A DNA stretch of 40,707 nucleotides from Psammoneis japonica (GCA_008632985.1 QPGO01000210.1:76365-117071), one strand, 5' to 3'; positions 12,244-25,244 are shown, counted from the stretch's first letter. Notes: generated by a model from the sequence alone, not told the origin. A program made the numbers and translations.

Positions 12244-15173
12244 ATGTCTCCAAATCCAATGTCGGATGTGCCATTGCCCATGACGCCGCAAAGGTCTCTT
12301 AGAAGCTCCCATGCACTACCTCATCCAAAAGATATACCACTTCCCGAGACGCCCAGGCGATCCGGCAGAGGTCCTACGTATTGTGTACCGTTACTGCAGA
12401 CACCAGACGACGACCTTGATCGACCGTATGCAAAGGAGGAGGAGAAACGACTGACAAAGAAGGCGCCACATATTGGTGCTCGAATTGTTCCTGAACAAGT
12501 TCCCAAGGTCATCGACGTCCAGGACAAGCAAAAGGATGAAAAGTCTGTCGTTTCAAACCTCACCATGCCAAAGGCACTGCGGCCTTCACGGAATCACAAG
12601 ACAAAAAAGGCCACGCCGCAAGAAGCCTTGTTTGCGCAAGTATTGAAGGAAGAGCAAGAAAAGGCAAGGACAATGAAAGTGCCCAAGGCGGATGCGGAGA
12701 AAGCCTACGAGAGCGCCACGTTTTCAAACATGTTGGGTCTCGACCCCAACCCGCCGACCAATCTCGTCAAGGTCGACAAGGATCAAGAATCGCTGTGTGA
12801 CTCGACACTCTCCGGAAGTGATCCGCCGCAAAAGGCCAACGTCTTTCGTCGATTTCAGGGACAATTTGTAGCTGGAATTCATTTGGCTAGCACCAAACTT
12901 GCAAAGTCCTCGTCCATGGAGGAACGTCCTGAAAAGGACTCTAGATTTTTTGTGCCGAGCACGCCATCGCCTCGTCCGAGTCCCAGACGCTCGTCCGCAC
13001 ATTCCAAGTCCTCTCCGGAACTCACGACTCCTACTCGTGCCAAGAAACCGTTCCTTCTTGATCGGATCTTGCCGTCACCTAGAATCTCCAACAATGCCTC
13101 CTTCCTCCCGAGGCACTTGACGTTTAACCGGTCCGAAGATGACGAAGATGGTTCCTTTCTGGCCGACTTGACGACTCAAGCTGTTGGATCGGTTCTCAGT
13201 GCGGCACTCGATATACCCGAGGACGAGGAAACCCGTAATGACTGCAGGTCTGAAAGCCAAGCCGACCCCGAGCCGCGAGATGAAGGATCCCCAGTGCAGA
13301 ATGACACAGAGCAGTACCATACGGTCGATTTGGAGGAGAACTCCGGGTGCAAGAATTTGCAAACAGTTCAACCGAAAGAGACCGCTCCGCCCAATACGGG
13401 CAGCGAGCACGACGAATCCTTTCACGGTATCCATGTCATCAATGTACCGGTTCGTAAACACGCTGGGGCATCCGTGACTGACCCAGCACCAAAGCGCTTC
13501 GCCAACCCATCCGTTGCTAGTGAAGTGGACGAGGAAGCCGCCGTACCGCAGGATGACAGAGACGATGACGTTCCCTCCAATGATACGACGCCCATTTATA
13601 AACGCGTGTGGTTCTGGATTCTGATGGTTTTGGTGGCTGCTGCGTGGTTGGAGGTGTTACGGGATTGCTGTTTGGGTTAGCTCTAAAGGACGACAAAAGC
13701 GCTGGCGCGGCCGCTGCAACAGGCGAAGAGACAGAAAATGGCTCGATTTCGTTGGTCCCTTCTACCGTACCAACAAGCCATCCAACTTTGGTACCTTCGG
13801 CATCTCCCACCCTCGCCCCGACACGTCTCCTACTGCGAGGCCTACCAATCCGGATATTATTGTCACAACACCTCCAGTACCGTCGTCTTCTCCTGTATCC
13901 ACTCCTGCTCCGACCAAGCCAAAGAACTTTGCCGATATATCTTGGACAGCTCCCCTGAAACAAAGTTGGCCTTTTTGAACCCAATCAGTCCGCAGTCCAG
14001 AGCACTCGGCTGGCTGGAGGAACATACAGTCGAGCTTACCAACGAGGAGGTTATTCAGCGCTTTGCTCTTGCAACCATCTTTTACAGTCTCAACGAGGCT
14101 CAAGGCGGATGGAATCGCGACGACTTTTGGCTGTCCCACGCCGATTCCGAGTGCTCGTGGTTTGGAGTGTCTTGCAACAATTTCGAACAGGTTTCGATTG
14201 TGAATTTGAACTTTAACAATCTGGGTGGTACACTACCGAAGGAGTTGTCGCTCCTTTCAAACTTGCGAGTCTTGTCTTTGGGAGGCGGTACAGGAGACGC
14301 CGTGACGAGGAGCAGTGTGACTGGCACGATTCCGACATCATGGGGAGATTTCACAAACCTTGAAACGCTGGAACTCTTTGACAACATGCTGAGCGGGGCG
14401 ATACCAGAGACGTTTGGTCAATTGACTCGGCTCAAGACACTACGCTTGTACCGCAATAACTTGTCGAGCAACCTTCCTACTCTTCTTGGGAATATGAAAG
14501 ACCTTGAAATTACCGAAATGTCATCCAACAAGTTTTCTGGCGAGTTGCCCACGGAGCTTGGGTCGTGTACTTGCTGACAACCTTGGCTCTAGCACGAAAT
14601 CGTTTCCACGGTAGTTTGCCAACCGAGATTGGAAAGCTCACGTCGTTAACTGAGTTGCATTTGAACGGAAACAACTTGTCTGGCGTGCTGCCAAATGAGC
14701 TATGGGGTCTTTCAAGTTTGTCTTGGATCGCCATGTATAACAACTACTTTCGAGGCGCACTCCCTTCGGAAATAGGACAGCTGAAGATATTGGTGAGTCC
14801 ATATTTTTGTTGCGTGGCTGCTTTCGTCATTTTGCTGATTTTGCTTCTGACGTTTGTTCTCGTGTTGTCTGATATACTTGCGAGTTCAGAGGCATTCAAT
14901 TTCACGGAAACCAGTTTGAAGGATCGATTCCACTTGAAATCAGTCAGTTGGATGAATTGCGCGTCTTGGACTTGTCCAACAACCAGTTGACGGGCTCCGT
15001 TGTACCGACCGAACTCCAATCCTTGAACAAGCTTGCCGGTTTGTATCTGCACGAAATGATTAGACGGCGAAGTTTCCCAAGTGATTTGCGACTTGATGGA
15101 TTCCGAACTGCGACAGCTATGGACGGATTGTAGTTCCAAAGTCACTTGTCCGTGCTGCACAAAGTGCTTTTAG
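12244..15173 (+). CDS. Type II membrane leucine-rich-repeat protein (long disordered N-terminus, TM helix, S/T/P stalk, plant-type LRRs, C-terminal CPCCTKCF); intron about 14793-14889; several indels
   Basis: TM segment near 13605-13680; SPQSRALGWL, QRFALATIFYS, ECSWFGVSC cap; repeated LxLxxNxLxGxIP units; terminal tgtccgtgctgcacaaagtgcttttag. Confidence 0.85.
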
Positions 15174-15316
15174 AACCGAGTCATTATGAATAAGTTGACT
15201 TGAACAAATCGTGTATCAGTATAAAGAAGGCCTTGTAAAGAGTGGAACGGCGTAAGCATCCTTTCCATTTATATAACTTTCTCTTCAGCCTCTTGTCTAT
15301 ATCTATTTATGTAGCC

Positions 15317-16541
15317 TCAGGTAGTAGAGATAATTCCTCTATTTCTATGGATATCGGTAGGGTCGCTTGCGGTAACGTCCATGTTTGTCGTGTTGCTGTT
15401 TCTTCTCGCGTTTGTTGCTGTACTCTCATTGAGAACAGAATACGAAATCCCTGCACACGGCGAAAGCACATGTGGATACCACAAGTGGTAAACAATCGTC
15501 CCGCACGTACTCCCCAACAAGCATCCCGCCAAAACATCGGCGGGATGATGCCAATGATCGGCAAGACGGGTGGCAGAAACAAAGGCGGCAAAGGACCACG
15601 GCACAAGACACGAAACGAGCGCCAACAAGCGACGGCGTGCCTCGTACTTGGTCGGCCGTGCCAATCCGACCTTGCCCAAAAAGAACCAAACCAAAAATGT
15701 CATGGCGCAAAAACTATAGATGCATATTGTACGGTGCTGTTGTGTGAGAGACAGTAGAAAAACAATTGCAAAGCCAGGACAATTAATTTCATTCCATACG
15801 TACCTCAGAGACGTATGACCCGATGGGAAACTGAGACGACTCTCTCGCAATCTCGAAAGCGGAGCTTCGCAAACAAGTTTGTCATGTTGAATCCACAGAG
15901 CTGGTAAAAGTTTGGACGCGTCCGCTGGACAAAGAGCTTCAACAGTTGCGTGCACCCCTCACTGCATCCCACCGCCGTGAAAAAGGCACAAACGCTAGCT
16001 CGCAAATCGAGTGGATTCCGGAGGCATACGCCAAAGGCAACCAGAACCGCAACAGGAGCCCAGATGCACGTATGAACCAGCATGGCCGCTGAGTGAGGAA
16101 ATACAAGCGGCGGTCAGTCACATGCTCAGATTCAGCAGCAATCAATCAAAGCCCACATTTACGACTTACAGGGTATGGCAGGATTGGGAAGGTACTCATG
16201 ATTTAACCCAAAATCCAAAATAACATCACCTGCAGCAGTCGTTTGATAGGGAATGGGTCGAGCTTGAAGCTCTTGTTCCGACGGCAACAACGCTTTGGGT
16301 CCATAGTACCCCAACAAGAAGAACAATAGCACAGTACGGGCTCTCGTAAGAATTCCATCCAATTCATGGATCGAGACATTTCAATAATTTGTAATCCCTG
16401 TTGAGATGACGAAGAATACATGAGTGGAGATGCTTCGTGTGCACCATCAAACGTAAAGGAACCGCCCCCCGTGTCCATGGACAAGTGCGTAAGAAATTTC
16501 GGACGAAAGGATTCTTCTTTTTCTGATTCTGCTTCACTCAT
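15317..16541 (-). CDS. PAP2-family lipid phosphate phosphatase; introns 16089-16169 and 15714-15803; indels present
   Basis: Three catalytic motifs KLFVQRTRP, SFPSGH and TRLADHWHHPADV, plus TM segments; canonical GT..AG introns on the minus strand. Confidence 0.9.
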
Positions 16542-16786
16542 TTTTGTTGCTTCTGAAGTTGTAATTGGTAGGATCGCTGTTGCTTTGTTCGCTAGAGTTC
16601 TTACAGAAGAGGACGATCTTTGAATCAGAGTCTTGCTGCTCTTGCTCTTTTCGAATTTCATGGTTGTGGTTCCGTGGTTAGACTACATGTTGCATGCTGA
16701 ATACCTACGTGGTGCTCTGTCCAACGTCGCCCTCAAATTTTCAAAATGGCGTAGAAACACGTACATAAATACTACAGTATTTTCCT

Positions 16787-16804
16787 TACGTAGATTCTAC
16801 GTAG
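16787..16804. promoter_or_regulatory. Palindromic GTAGAWTCTAC motif, putative promoter element (also at 10280-10290 and 31276-31286)
   Basis: Exact gtagattctac three times, each within about 250 bp upstream of a start codon; variants at 26164, 26855-26872 and 28800. Confidence 0.5.
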
Positions 16805-16899
16805 GACGAGAGCGATTCTATGGGCACAACATCGTACAGTACGAGCGATGGTGGTGTTCGCATAACATAAATTTATGATTGCTATTAATATAGAATATG

Positions 16900-17621
16900 A
16901 GTTAGCCGGGGTAGGGCTAGTTGGTCGCGCACGTTTGGGTTCGATGCAGCCGTGCAACTAGCCATACCCTGCAGGAAGAGCTAGCTGTTGGTGGCGCGCG
17001 AGCAGAAGCAACAAAGCAAAGAACACGGCGTGGGTCAAAACGTTGTAAAATGACGCAACAACAAGCAGCGAGAAGAAACCCAACTTGACCCATGAATACA
17101 GCGCATACATATTGTCCAACCACTTCAATAGTATCTCGTATTCCCAGCTTGTAGATGAGGGGACGGCGTTCGCGTTTCTCGCCATGGTGTTGTTGTGCGT
17201 TATCGTGTTGTTTGCGCGCGAAGACCACGGGATCTATTTATCCGATAATAACTCCTTTTTGGTAATAGTAGATGTTTTACTGTATTCAATCTGAAAATAT
17301 TTTGAGAAGCGCTTCGGGGCGACCCTGTTCGCACCGTTAAATAGAAATTTTTTTATCCAGATTCCAGAGTTCTTTCGGGGTGTTCTGTCAGACTTTTGAA
17401 TTGGTATATACATATATTAGAGGCCTTAGCAAAATCAATGATATGTAATAGCCTCAGAGACCAACATAAATTTATGTTCCATGTAGACCACGTAGATTGT
17501 GTACCGGCGGAAAATCCACGGCATGTCAATCACTCAGTAGTGATTCTACGTACATCCTACTTACACCTCACACACGTACACACACCTACACAGTCTAATA
17601 ACCGCGCACACGTGCGCGAGA
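16900..17621 (-). mobile_element. Short non-autonomous Helitron2-like element
   Basis: Shares both ends with the long element at 18297-26581 (about 80 bp at left, about 380 bp at right). 10-bp asymmetric inverted repeats tcgcgcacgt (16925-16934) / acgtgcgcga (17610-17619). On the minus strand it starts TC after host A, has a 5' hairpin cgcgcac-gt-gtgcgcg and a 3' hairpin tagcc...ggcta. Confidence 0.85.
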
Positions 17622-19181
17622 TAAACCAGAAATTTCAGAAGAATTACAACACGCCCAACGCCACACAACATGCACACACACAACGAACACGCCGCTAACC
17701 GATGTCAAGCATCATCAAAGACGTCGTCCGGAACTGACGACGACTGTTTCAGGAACCACTTACGAATGTCCATATAAAGCCAACTGGGAATGCTCTCACC
17801 CTTTTCATCTGAATCTGGTTTGATGAGCTGAATTGTGGAAGTGAGTTCATGCTGTCAGGAGTGGGAAAGACCCCCACTGTGGTGGCTCTTCGTCAACCCC
17901 ACTCTCATGCCGCTCGCTCTCGTGTGTCTTCAGAATAGCATGTTTATTTTTAAAAATGTCACCTCAATGGATTCACCTGGCAACTCCTGAGCAGAACTCG
18001 GCAAGGTCGATTTTGCCTCTGATGAATTCTGCAGAAGCATGCCCTGTGGATGTCCGGGATGAAATCTTCTTCAATTTGTCGCTGTTGCTAAAAGTATTTT
18101 AACATGCGCTCAACCACAGCATCATCAACAAGCATGCAAAATTCTTTTAGCAACTGACCGGCAGTTTTCAAGAACGTGGCCGCATCGGTTCTTTGCCATC
18201 GTCGTTTGTCGGCTTTTCTCGTGCTTCAGTGTGTGGGCGGGCGGGCAAAAACATGCAGTCGAACTAGTCAAGTTTCTGCGAACACCAATTTTATGAAGTT
18301 AGCCGGGGCACCGGCAGGGCTAGTTGGTCGCGCACGTTTGGGTTCGATGCAGCCGTGCAACTGGCCACACCTTGCAGGCAGAGCTGTGATGTTGATTGCA
18401 CCATGTGATTTTCGGACATGAGAAGAATGTGTTCTTTAGAATGCTTCATCTTCAGAGCAATGAATGCATCTCCTTCATCATCCGACACTTGAGCAAGGAT
18501 GTCACATCATGTCACGGAGCGGGTCACGGAGTTGCTCACCAAAGGATTTTCCCGACCCCTCCTCCCCTCCCCCACTCCCCACGGCCAGACGCAGTCTCAG
18601 TGCATCATGCACTCAGATTCATCATGTCCTGAAGATTGCAAACGACATCATCATCACCCAACCCTTTCAGATTTGAATGAAAACACAAATCGCATCAAAC
18701 ATGTAAGATTTGCCTTTGCTTGAAATGCGCCGCACGCATTTTGTCAAAACACAGCAGTGCGCAGTTGGGAGCGCAGCACCAGTGCTCACATCAGGAGCAC
18801 AGGCGCTTGCACAGCATCGCAGTGAGCAACATGCACTTTGCTGCGTGCTGGAAATGGCCGTTTCTCCCACCACCACCACAAACATCATCAACACGGAGCA
18901 CCTCCAACAATGGCCGTCGCCGCTGAAAACGAGCATTGTCGATGTTGCATTGATGCCATTGGACCTGCTGTTGTCAACACAAAAACTGATTCACAATGAA
19001 AACAAATGAGAACATTCTCTTGAGCCGAAATGTGTTTCTTCAATCTCACATTCTCAGCGAGTGAATCAAATCGCTCCACTGCATTTGACAGAATCTGTTG
19101 GTTCAATGCATTTTTTAGTTTTCTCCACTTCTTGTTCTCCTTTGATCTTTGACCGTATTTCCACAGGAAAATTTCACATCA

Positions 19182-19368
19182 TGCTGGGCGGCTCAAGTTG
19201 ACACCATTTCAAACGGGGCGGTTCAAGCAGGTGCTGCATCATGCAAGGCACGAGGCTGCTCAAGCGGATGCCAACACCTTGCTGGGCAGCTCAAGTGGAC
19301 ACCTGCACCTTGCTGGGTGACTCAAGCAGATGCCAACACCTCTCTGGGTGACTCAAGTGGGTGCCAAT
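19182..19368. repeat. 31-bp degenerate minisatellite inside the Helitron
   Basis: Units starting ctcaag at 19259, 19290, 19321 and 19352, plus two looser copies at 19182-19240. Confidence 0.85.
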
Positions 19369-19855
19369 GTTGAACATCACATGGAGTGGTCCAAGGGTGA
19401 GGAGCATTTTTCATTTTAAAATCCACAATCTGCCGCTTTTGGGAAAGTCCCGACACAAAGGGCAGACGAGGTTGCTCTCGTCTCCAACAATTACGAGCAA
19501 CTGTGCCAAGGCAGCTGACTGCAGCAGCGCCTCGGCATTTTTTTTCTGCAAGATGGCCTGCGAGAGCCAAGGTCCCCGGCGAGACTGAGAGTGGCACCTC
19601 CAAGGAAGGGGGTGCCACTCGACGTGCCATGACCCGAATCTCAGTTGGACAGGGTTCGCCTGCCCTCAAAGGTGGTGATTGGTTGTTTGCAAGGAATGCA
19701 GCAGGATGGAAGGATAAAACAGCTGGATTCAATTGATTTGCAGTGCAGAATGGTTGTCGAAAAGCTTGGATGGTCATGCGGAGTAGGACGTCTAGACGCC
19801 TCTCCTCCTGCAGACGCTTGTCCATTTTCTTGTGCTTGCACACCTTCTTACAAAG

Positions 19856-22800
19856 TCAATCTTGCACAATGCCATCAACCAATCCAATGTCTGAAAGGCT
19901 TTGGGCATGGGAAAAAGCAGTGCAGGTCAAACCATGCTCCTTCTCGTGGTTGGACAAATCGATGACAAAATGGGACTTGATGGTTTGGCCTTGAGCTTTC
20001 CAAACAGTCATCGCCCAGCAAAGCTTCAAGGGCAACACAGCATGAGCATGTTCATCACAGCCCGCATCATCTCGCTTTCGAGTGCACACAGCTGCAGTCA
20101 CAGGGTGAATTGGCACCCAACCTCGGCGACTGTCATTGTCGGGAAAAAACGATCCTCCACCGTAGTCTCTGCCGAAGTCAACCCACACAAACTTTGGAAG
20201 AGATGGAGCCAAGCCTGATTCGTCATGCACAATGTCCTTTGCTGTCTCAGTTGCTCCATTGCACAATCCCGCCGACTGAGCAACATTCATGGCAAGCATT
20301 GCTTGTGCTCCGACGCTGAGGTGCACCGAGTTCTCCAAGCCTTGAAAGGAATCGGCCGTCTTTTTCTTGCCGTCACCAGTGTTTTTAGCTTGCACCAGAG
20401 CAATGGGCTTGCCAAGCGTCTTGAGATTCTTGTTGTTGAATTCTTCCACTTCAGAATTGGTCGTGAACAGATGCGGCGTTCCANTCATTTTCAAACCCCG
20501 ACTCGCACCATTTGTAAAGACCCATGGAATGTCGTGAGCACGTGCATCGTGCCTTGACCCAGTCCGCTTCTGTACAATTTCCATCATGAAGACGCTCTGG
20601 GAAGCCACAGAACCAAACTGATTCGGGATCGTTGGGGTCGATGCGATTGTTTTTTGTCAGCTTGATGACTGTGTTGAACATTTGGCAGAGATTGCATCCG
20701 TTTCGATCATCATTGCTTGTAAACCCAGTCGCTTCCCACAAACAACGTCCTCCCACTGGTGGCAACTGTCCAGGATCACCAGCCAATGCCACAATGACTC
20801 CGCCAAATGGTTCGTTGACACCTTTGATTTCACGCAATCTCCGGTCAATGTGATGAAGCTCTCTTTGACGCAGCATCGAGAACTCATCAAGAATCAAAAG
20901 CTTGAGATTCGCAAACTTGTCTTGAGCTTCAGCGAGATTTTTGTTCGTGAGAGGACGATGACGTCCACCAGAGAGGGGTGTTCCCAGTCCTTCTTGGTGA
21001 GAGTGAACTGCAGATCTGCCAATGACCATCTCAGCCTTGCGCCATGAGAGCACAGCTGCTTGTCGGAAGTCCACGGTCCCAGAGAGTGGCAGTGACAGCA
21101 TCAACAGCAAATGATTTTCCTGTGCCTCCCATCCCAACAAGGAGAGTGCACTGTCCCTCACTCTCTCCAACAACAGCACTTGCAATTGCGTCGTGAGCCA
21201 GACGTTGTCGTTCATTGAGCGAGTCGAAAGAAACTTGACTCCTTGCAGCTCAATCGACGGGGTTGGACATGAGATGATCATGCTTTCGCTCCACTTCCTC
21301 GTCCCATCCATCATGTTCCAGATGGTCATGCTCGAGTTCTGAAAAATCATGATCCTCTGACCATTTGAGATTGCTTCCAGAAAGAGCTGATGCATCGTCC
21401 ATCTGCGCAGCATGCCCCACATCCATCCAAGAGTCTTGGCTTGCATCCGTTGAACCAGAATCCGAGTCGTCACCCATTGGCGCGTCAACGTTGGGCAAGC
21501 GCAAGCTCGATTCAATCTCGCGTTGAAGGAAACCAGGAATTTGTCGACCTTGTCACATCAGAAATGGAGCATGCTGGCTCCAAGCATGAATGATGTCGTC
21601 ATTGGATGCGTTGGCGCCACCCCAAGCAGATTCAAATGCACCACTCCATGGTTGATGCTTGATCAATGAGTGCTTGCAGTGCTTGACAAAGTCAGGACCG
21701 CCAGGAGAACTTGGGACTCGAGGTGCAAAAACAGCTGCCGTGTTGGGTTTCTGGTGGCAGCGGATTTTCTTCTTGTGCTTTCCCGACTTGCCAACATAGA
21801 ATCCAGCGGCAAATTCTTGAAGAGTGAGGTCTCTAAGTCCTGGCTCAAAGGCTGCAAAAACTGAATGATCGGCCCAGGCTTCTTGGTTGAGGTGTGCAGC
21901 GCATGCATCAACGACCGTCGGCATTGCAGCAGAATCCACTCCTGCATCGGCGCCAACGTCTCCATCAGAAGGATTGTCCGACTCCTCCAGGTCAACTTGC
22001 CCAGTGGCATTTTCGAGATTGACAGTTACAAAGGTGTGGGAGCAAGAGACAAGAGGCAAACTTAAAATGAGATGGCACGTCTCCTGTTTGGAAACCATTC
22101 ACTCGCCTGTTTGGGGCAACCATTTTGATTCATTCAAAGAATGAACAACACACTGTGAGCAGAAATGCAAAGTCACACAAGGATCAAATCAAAACCAGAC
22201 GTGCCCAAAAGCTTGGCCATTGCACTCTTCAACACTGCCTGTGCACTGCATCCATCATCGATTTTCTGCTCCACTGTTTTGTGAACCATCGCGGTCATTC
22301 GCATGGACGGCATGCTGGATTCAGACTTGGAGACGCACTTGGTCATGTGCTCAATGACCTCACCGGCATCTGCAACAAGTCGGAAATCAATGTTTGCTCT
22401 CCAAACCTCGAATGTTGGGACGCAATGACTGTTGATCCACTTGTCGTTGCGTGCCAATGCCATCTCCATTCTTGAGACTTTTTGGGTCTCTCCAGCTTTG
22501 TTCTTGACAAGCTTCTCCACAACAACCAGACGAGAAATTCTTGAAAGCTGCAAAGGACATCCAAAGCGACAGTCCAAAATGTGTTCATCTGCTTTTGCCT
22601 TGTCGCACTTGGACTTGTTGCGGTCACAGCAGCCGCCGGGCTTGCACACATGCCATTCCACCACGTCACATAGATTGCAGCAGTTGCCAGTGCGGTCATC
22701 TCTCGTCATCTCTGGCACATCTTGAGGCCTGTCATTGCTTGGGTGCACTCCATCCACCCCGGGACAAAACTTGGTGGACTCTAGCCGCTCGTCGGATGCA

Positions 22801-24860
22801 GCATCTTCTGGAGGGCTGGGGTGAAACGCAGAGATGAGAAAATCATTGAAGGCAACAACCACGTCTTGTGCCTCCTTTCCATCTCTGACAGCTTGTGGCA
22901 TCTGTTCAAAAGAAAGCTCCTCGTCATCTTTGCATTCAAACTCCTCTTCATGTGCATCCAGTTCACGATCCTCCTTGGCAAAATCGTCATCCTCATCCAG
23001 CAGACCTTGTTGGCGGAGTTTCAAAGCAGCCAATCTTCCTTCCAAAACAACCTGTGACAGGTCTGTCAGCCCCGGGTCAGCCTCTGGTCGCAAACATCCA
23101 TGAACATGAGCGGCACCGCGGGCTTGGTGTTCGATCCGAAACCAAGTCCAGCTTGTTTTCATCCCATTCTTTCCAAAGAAGCTCTTCATCATCAAATTGA
23201 CCCGTTCTTGAAAGAAGGCGTCAACAATGTGAGGGTTGTCTTGGACAGCCTTGCAACGACAGGCGGCTTTCTCTTCTTCTGAAAACTCTTCACAGTTGCA
23301 GTTGCAAACCAACAAGGCGTGAAGGTCCGCCCAGTGGTTGTCGGCGGCTGAAAAAGCAAACCACAATGCAGGCATTCCGCACTGGTCTGTCAGAGCCTCG
23401 AGCTCCTTCTTCTTCTTGTAGAAATGCGAATCGCTGCCTGGGATGTTCGCGTTGAACTTTTGAATGTTGGAAACAAGTTCTTTGAAGCGCGGCCCGTTCT
23501 CTTGCACTGTGTGCTTCAGCTCTTCCTCGGTGAGCTGTGCGTCTTCTGGGCACTTTCGCAGGCACACTTTCTTTTGATCCTGGTGACGATGCCGAGTGGC
23601 AGCATTCTCGGCCCAATGCATCCACCGATTGTGGCGTGCAAACGGATGCACCCACTCTCCCTCCTTGTCATCAAAACAGGCATGCTGCAGCAAGTGCTTG
23701 TTCGCCTCCGCCATGGTGACATTGATGCGGCGATCGTCATGCGTGACATCCCCGTCGCCGCACGGGAAGAGAGCAGGAAAGGCCAGGCTTTGAAGCCGAG
23801 GAAAGGTGCAGTCATTGATGGGCTGGCCATTGTTTTCAATCTCTTGGACGACGGAAGTAGGATCAAATCGATCACGGAGAGTGCCAGAAATTTCGGCGCA
23901 CTGCTGACCTGGATGAGGGCCAGATGGTGGATGCCCAGACGCGACATCCTCGCCCTCCTGTCCACTTGCCCCGCCTTGTTCTGGACCACTTGCAGCAGCG
24001 TCTTGGTCTTCACTTGCATCGCCTGCTGGCTCACTCTCATCTGAAATGGAAGACACAGAACCCGCAACTGATCCGTCCTGCAGAAGCAACAAAAGATTGT
24101 CCAGGTTGATGTCGATGTCACAACAGCCTGGATGATTTTCCTTCAGCCAGACAAGCCATTCTGTGACATTGTCGTGGCAAACCTGAAAGTCTTTGCATCC
24201 ATTTGGTGTCCTTTGGTTTGGCTTTCGAAGGACAAAAACTGGAAAGTCGGAAACCTTGAGTGGAAGGCTCGCAATGACTTCACTCACATCCTTTTCAAGA
24301 TTCACGACGGATCCTTTGCACCCGACTTGCCCGGACTGAAGGCGACAGCACTTCATGACAGTGTGAGTGCGAGCAATGAGCATCTCTTCAACCTCAGATG
24401 GCTCGGGCAGGTGTGCAGGACGTCCCTTGGCGTAGATGTCCATGTCGTTTGCTGCAGAGAAACGACTCAAGCCATGCTCCTTGACATCCTTGGAACAAGC
24501 AAGGCACTGCCGCGGGTCGGACTTGTTCATGTTCATGTTGAACCAGCGCTTCTTGCAAGTGGCACACCGTGTCATTTCTGTCTTTGAAATTCCGTCCACA
24601 AATTCATCTTGACAAGCTTTCATCTGTGGACCAGTCAAACAAGAGTGAGAACCATTGAAGAGGAAAGTGACGACAATCAACATCATGTCTCTTACATCGG
24701 GGTGGTCTTCTAGATTGACACCTGGATGCCAGCCATCCCTGCAAGCTTCAAAACATTCATCAAGAGAAGAGGGTGGAACTGGAGGGTTGTCAGAAGAGGA
24801 TGAAGCAGATGACGACGAGGAGGAGGAAGATGACGAGGATGAGGAAGGGTCGTCGTCCAT
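19856..24860 (-). pseudogene. Helitron Rep (HUH endonuclease)-PIF1-like helicase, inactivated; probable intron 22107-22204
   Basis: Rep motifs: FPALFPCG, PALWFAFSAAD, RIEHQARGAAHVHG (HUH), CRFGCP, WRANIDFR, EHMTKCVSKSE (YxxKY position). Helicase motifs: GMGGTGKS near 21110-21145, LILDEFSM, PFGG..LAGDPGQLPPV, GLCNG, WAMTVWKAQGQT. In-frame stops and frameshifts present. Confidence 0.95.
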
Positions 24861-25244
24861 CGATTGCCTTTTTCATCTGTTTGCTTGTTTTGTTGCTTGG
24901 CGGTTTTGTGGTCTTGCTTCTGCCATTGACACCCCTTTGAAAAATCTGGCTTCTGCATTTGATTGGCGTTGTTGAGCCCTTGCCGTTTCTTGCCATTCTT
25001 GAGTCGACAGGTGTTCTCGTGCTCGTGCTTGAGATTGCTCCTTCCTTCCACTCGCAACTCTGTGATTGTTGGTGGAGGAATCAATGGCAGCCTGCAGATC
25101 TGGATGAGCAAGAACAGATAAAGTAGAACCGTGAGTAAAAAAATTCGACAAAGTAGAACCAACAAAATGGAAACACTTGCGACTCGAAGTGCGCTGTCGT
25201 TTCGCATCTCTGTCAGAAGAATCATCAACAGCGCCGGTCACTCA

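Noticed and set aside
19259..19368. 31-bp periodic repeat as a CRISPR array
   Set aside because: The units are contiguous with no unique spacers, there are no cas genes, and the context is eukaryotic.
20484..20484. Ambiguous base n in the helicase region
   Set aside because: Assembly ambiguity near a frame change; carries no biological information.
22173..24860. Alternative genetic code or RNA editing restoring Tyr in transposon ORFs
   Set aside because: Host genes use TAY normally, TpA loss affects all frames and non-coding DNA, and Tyr goes to two different residues.
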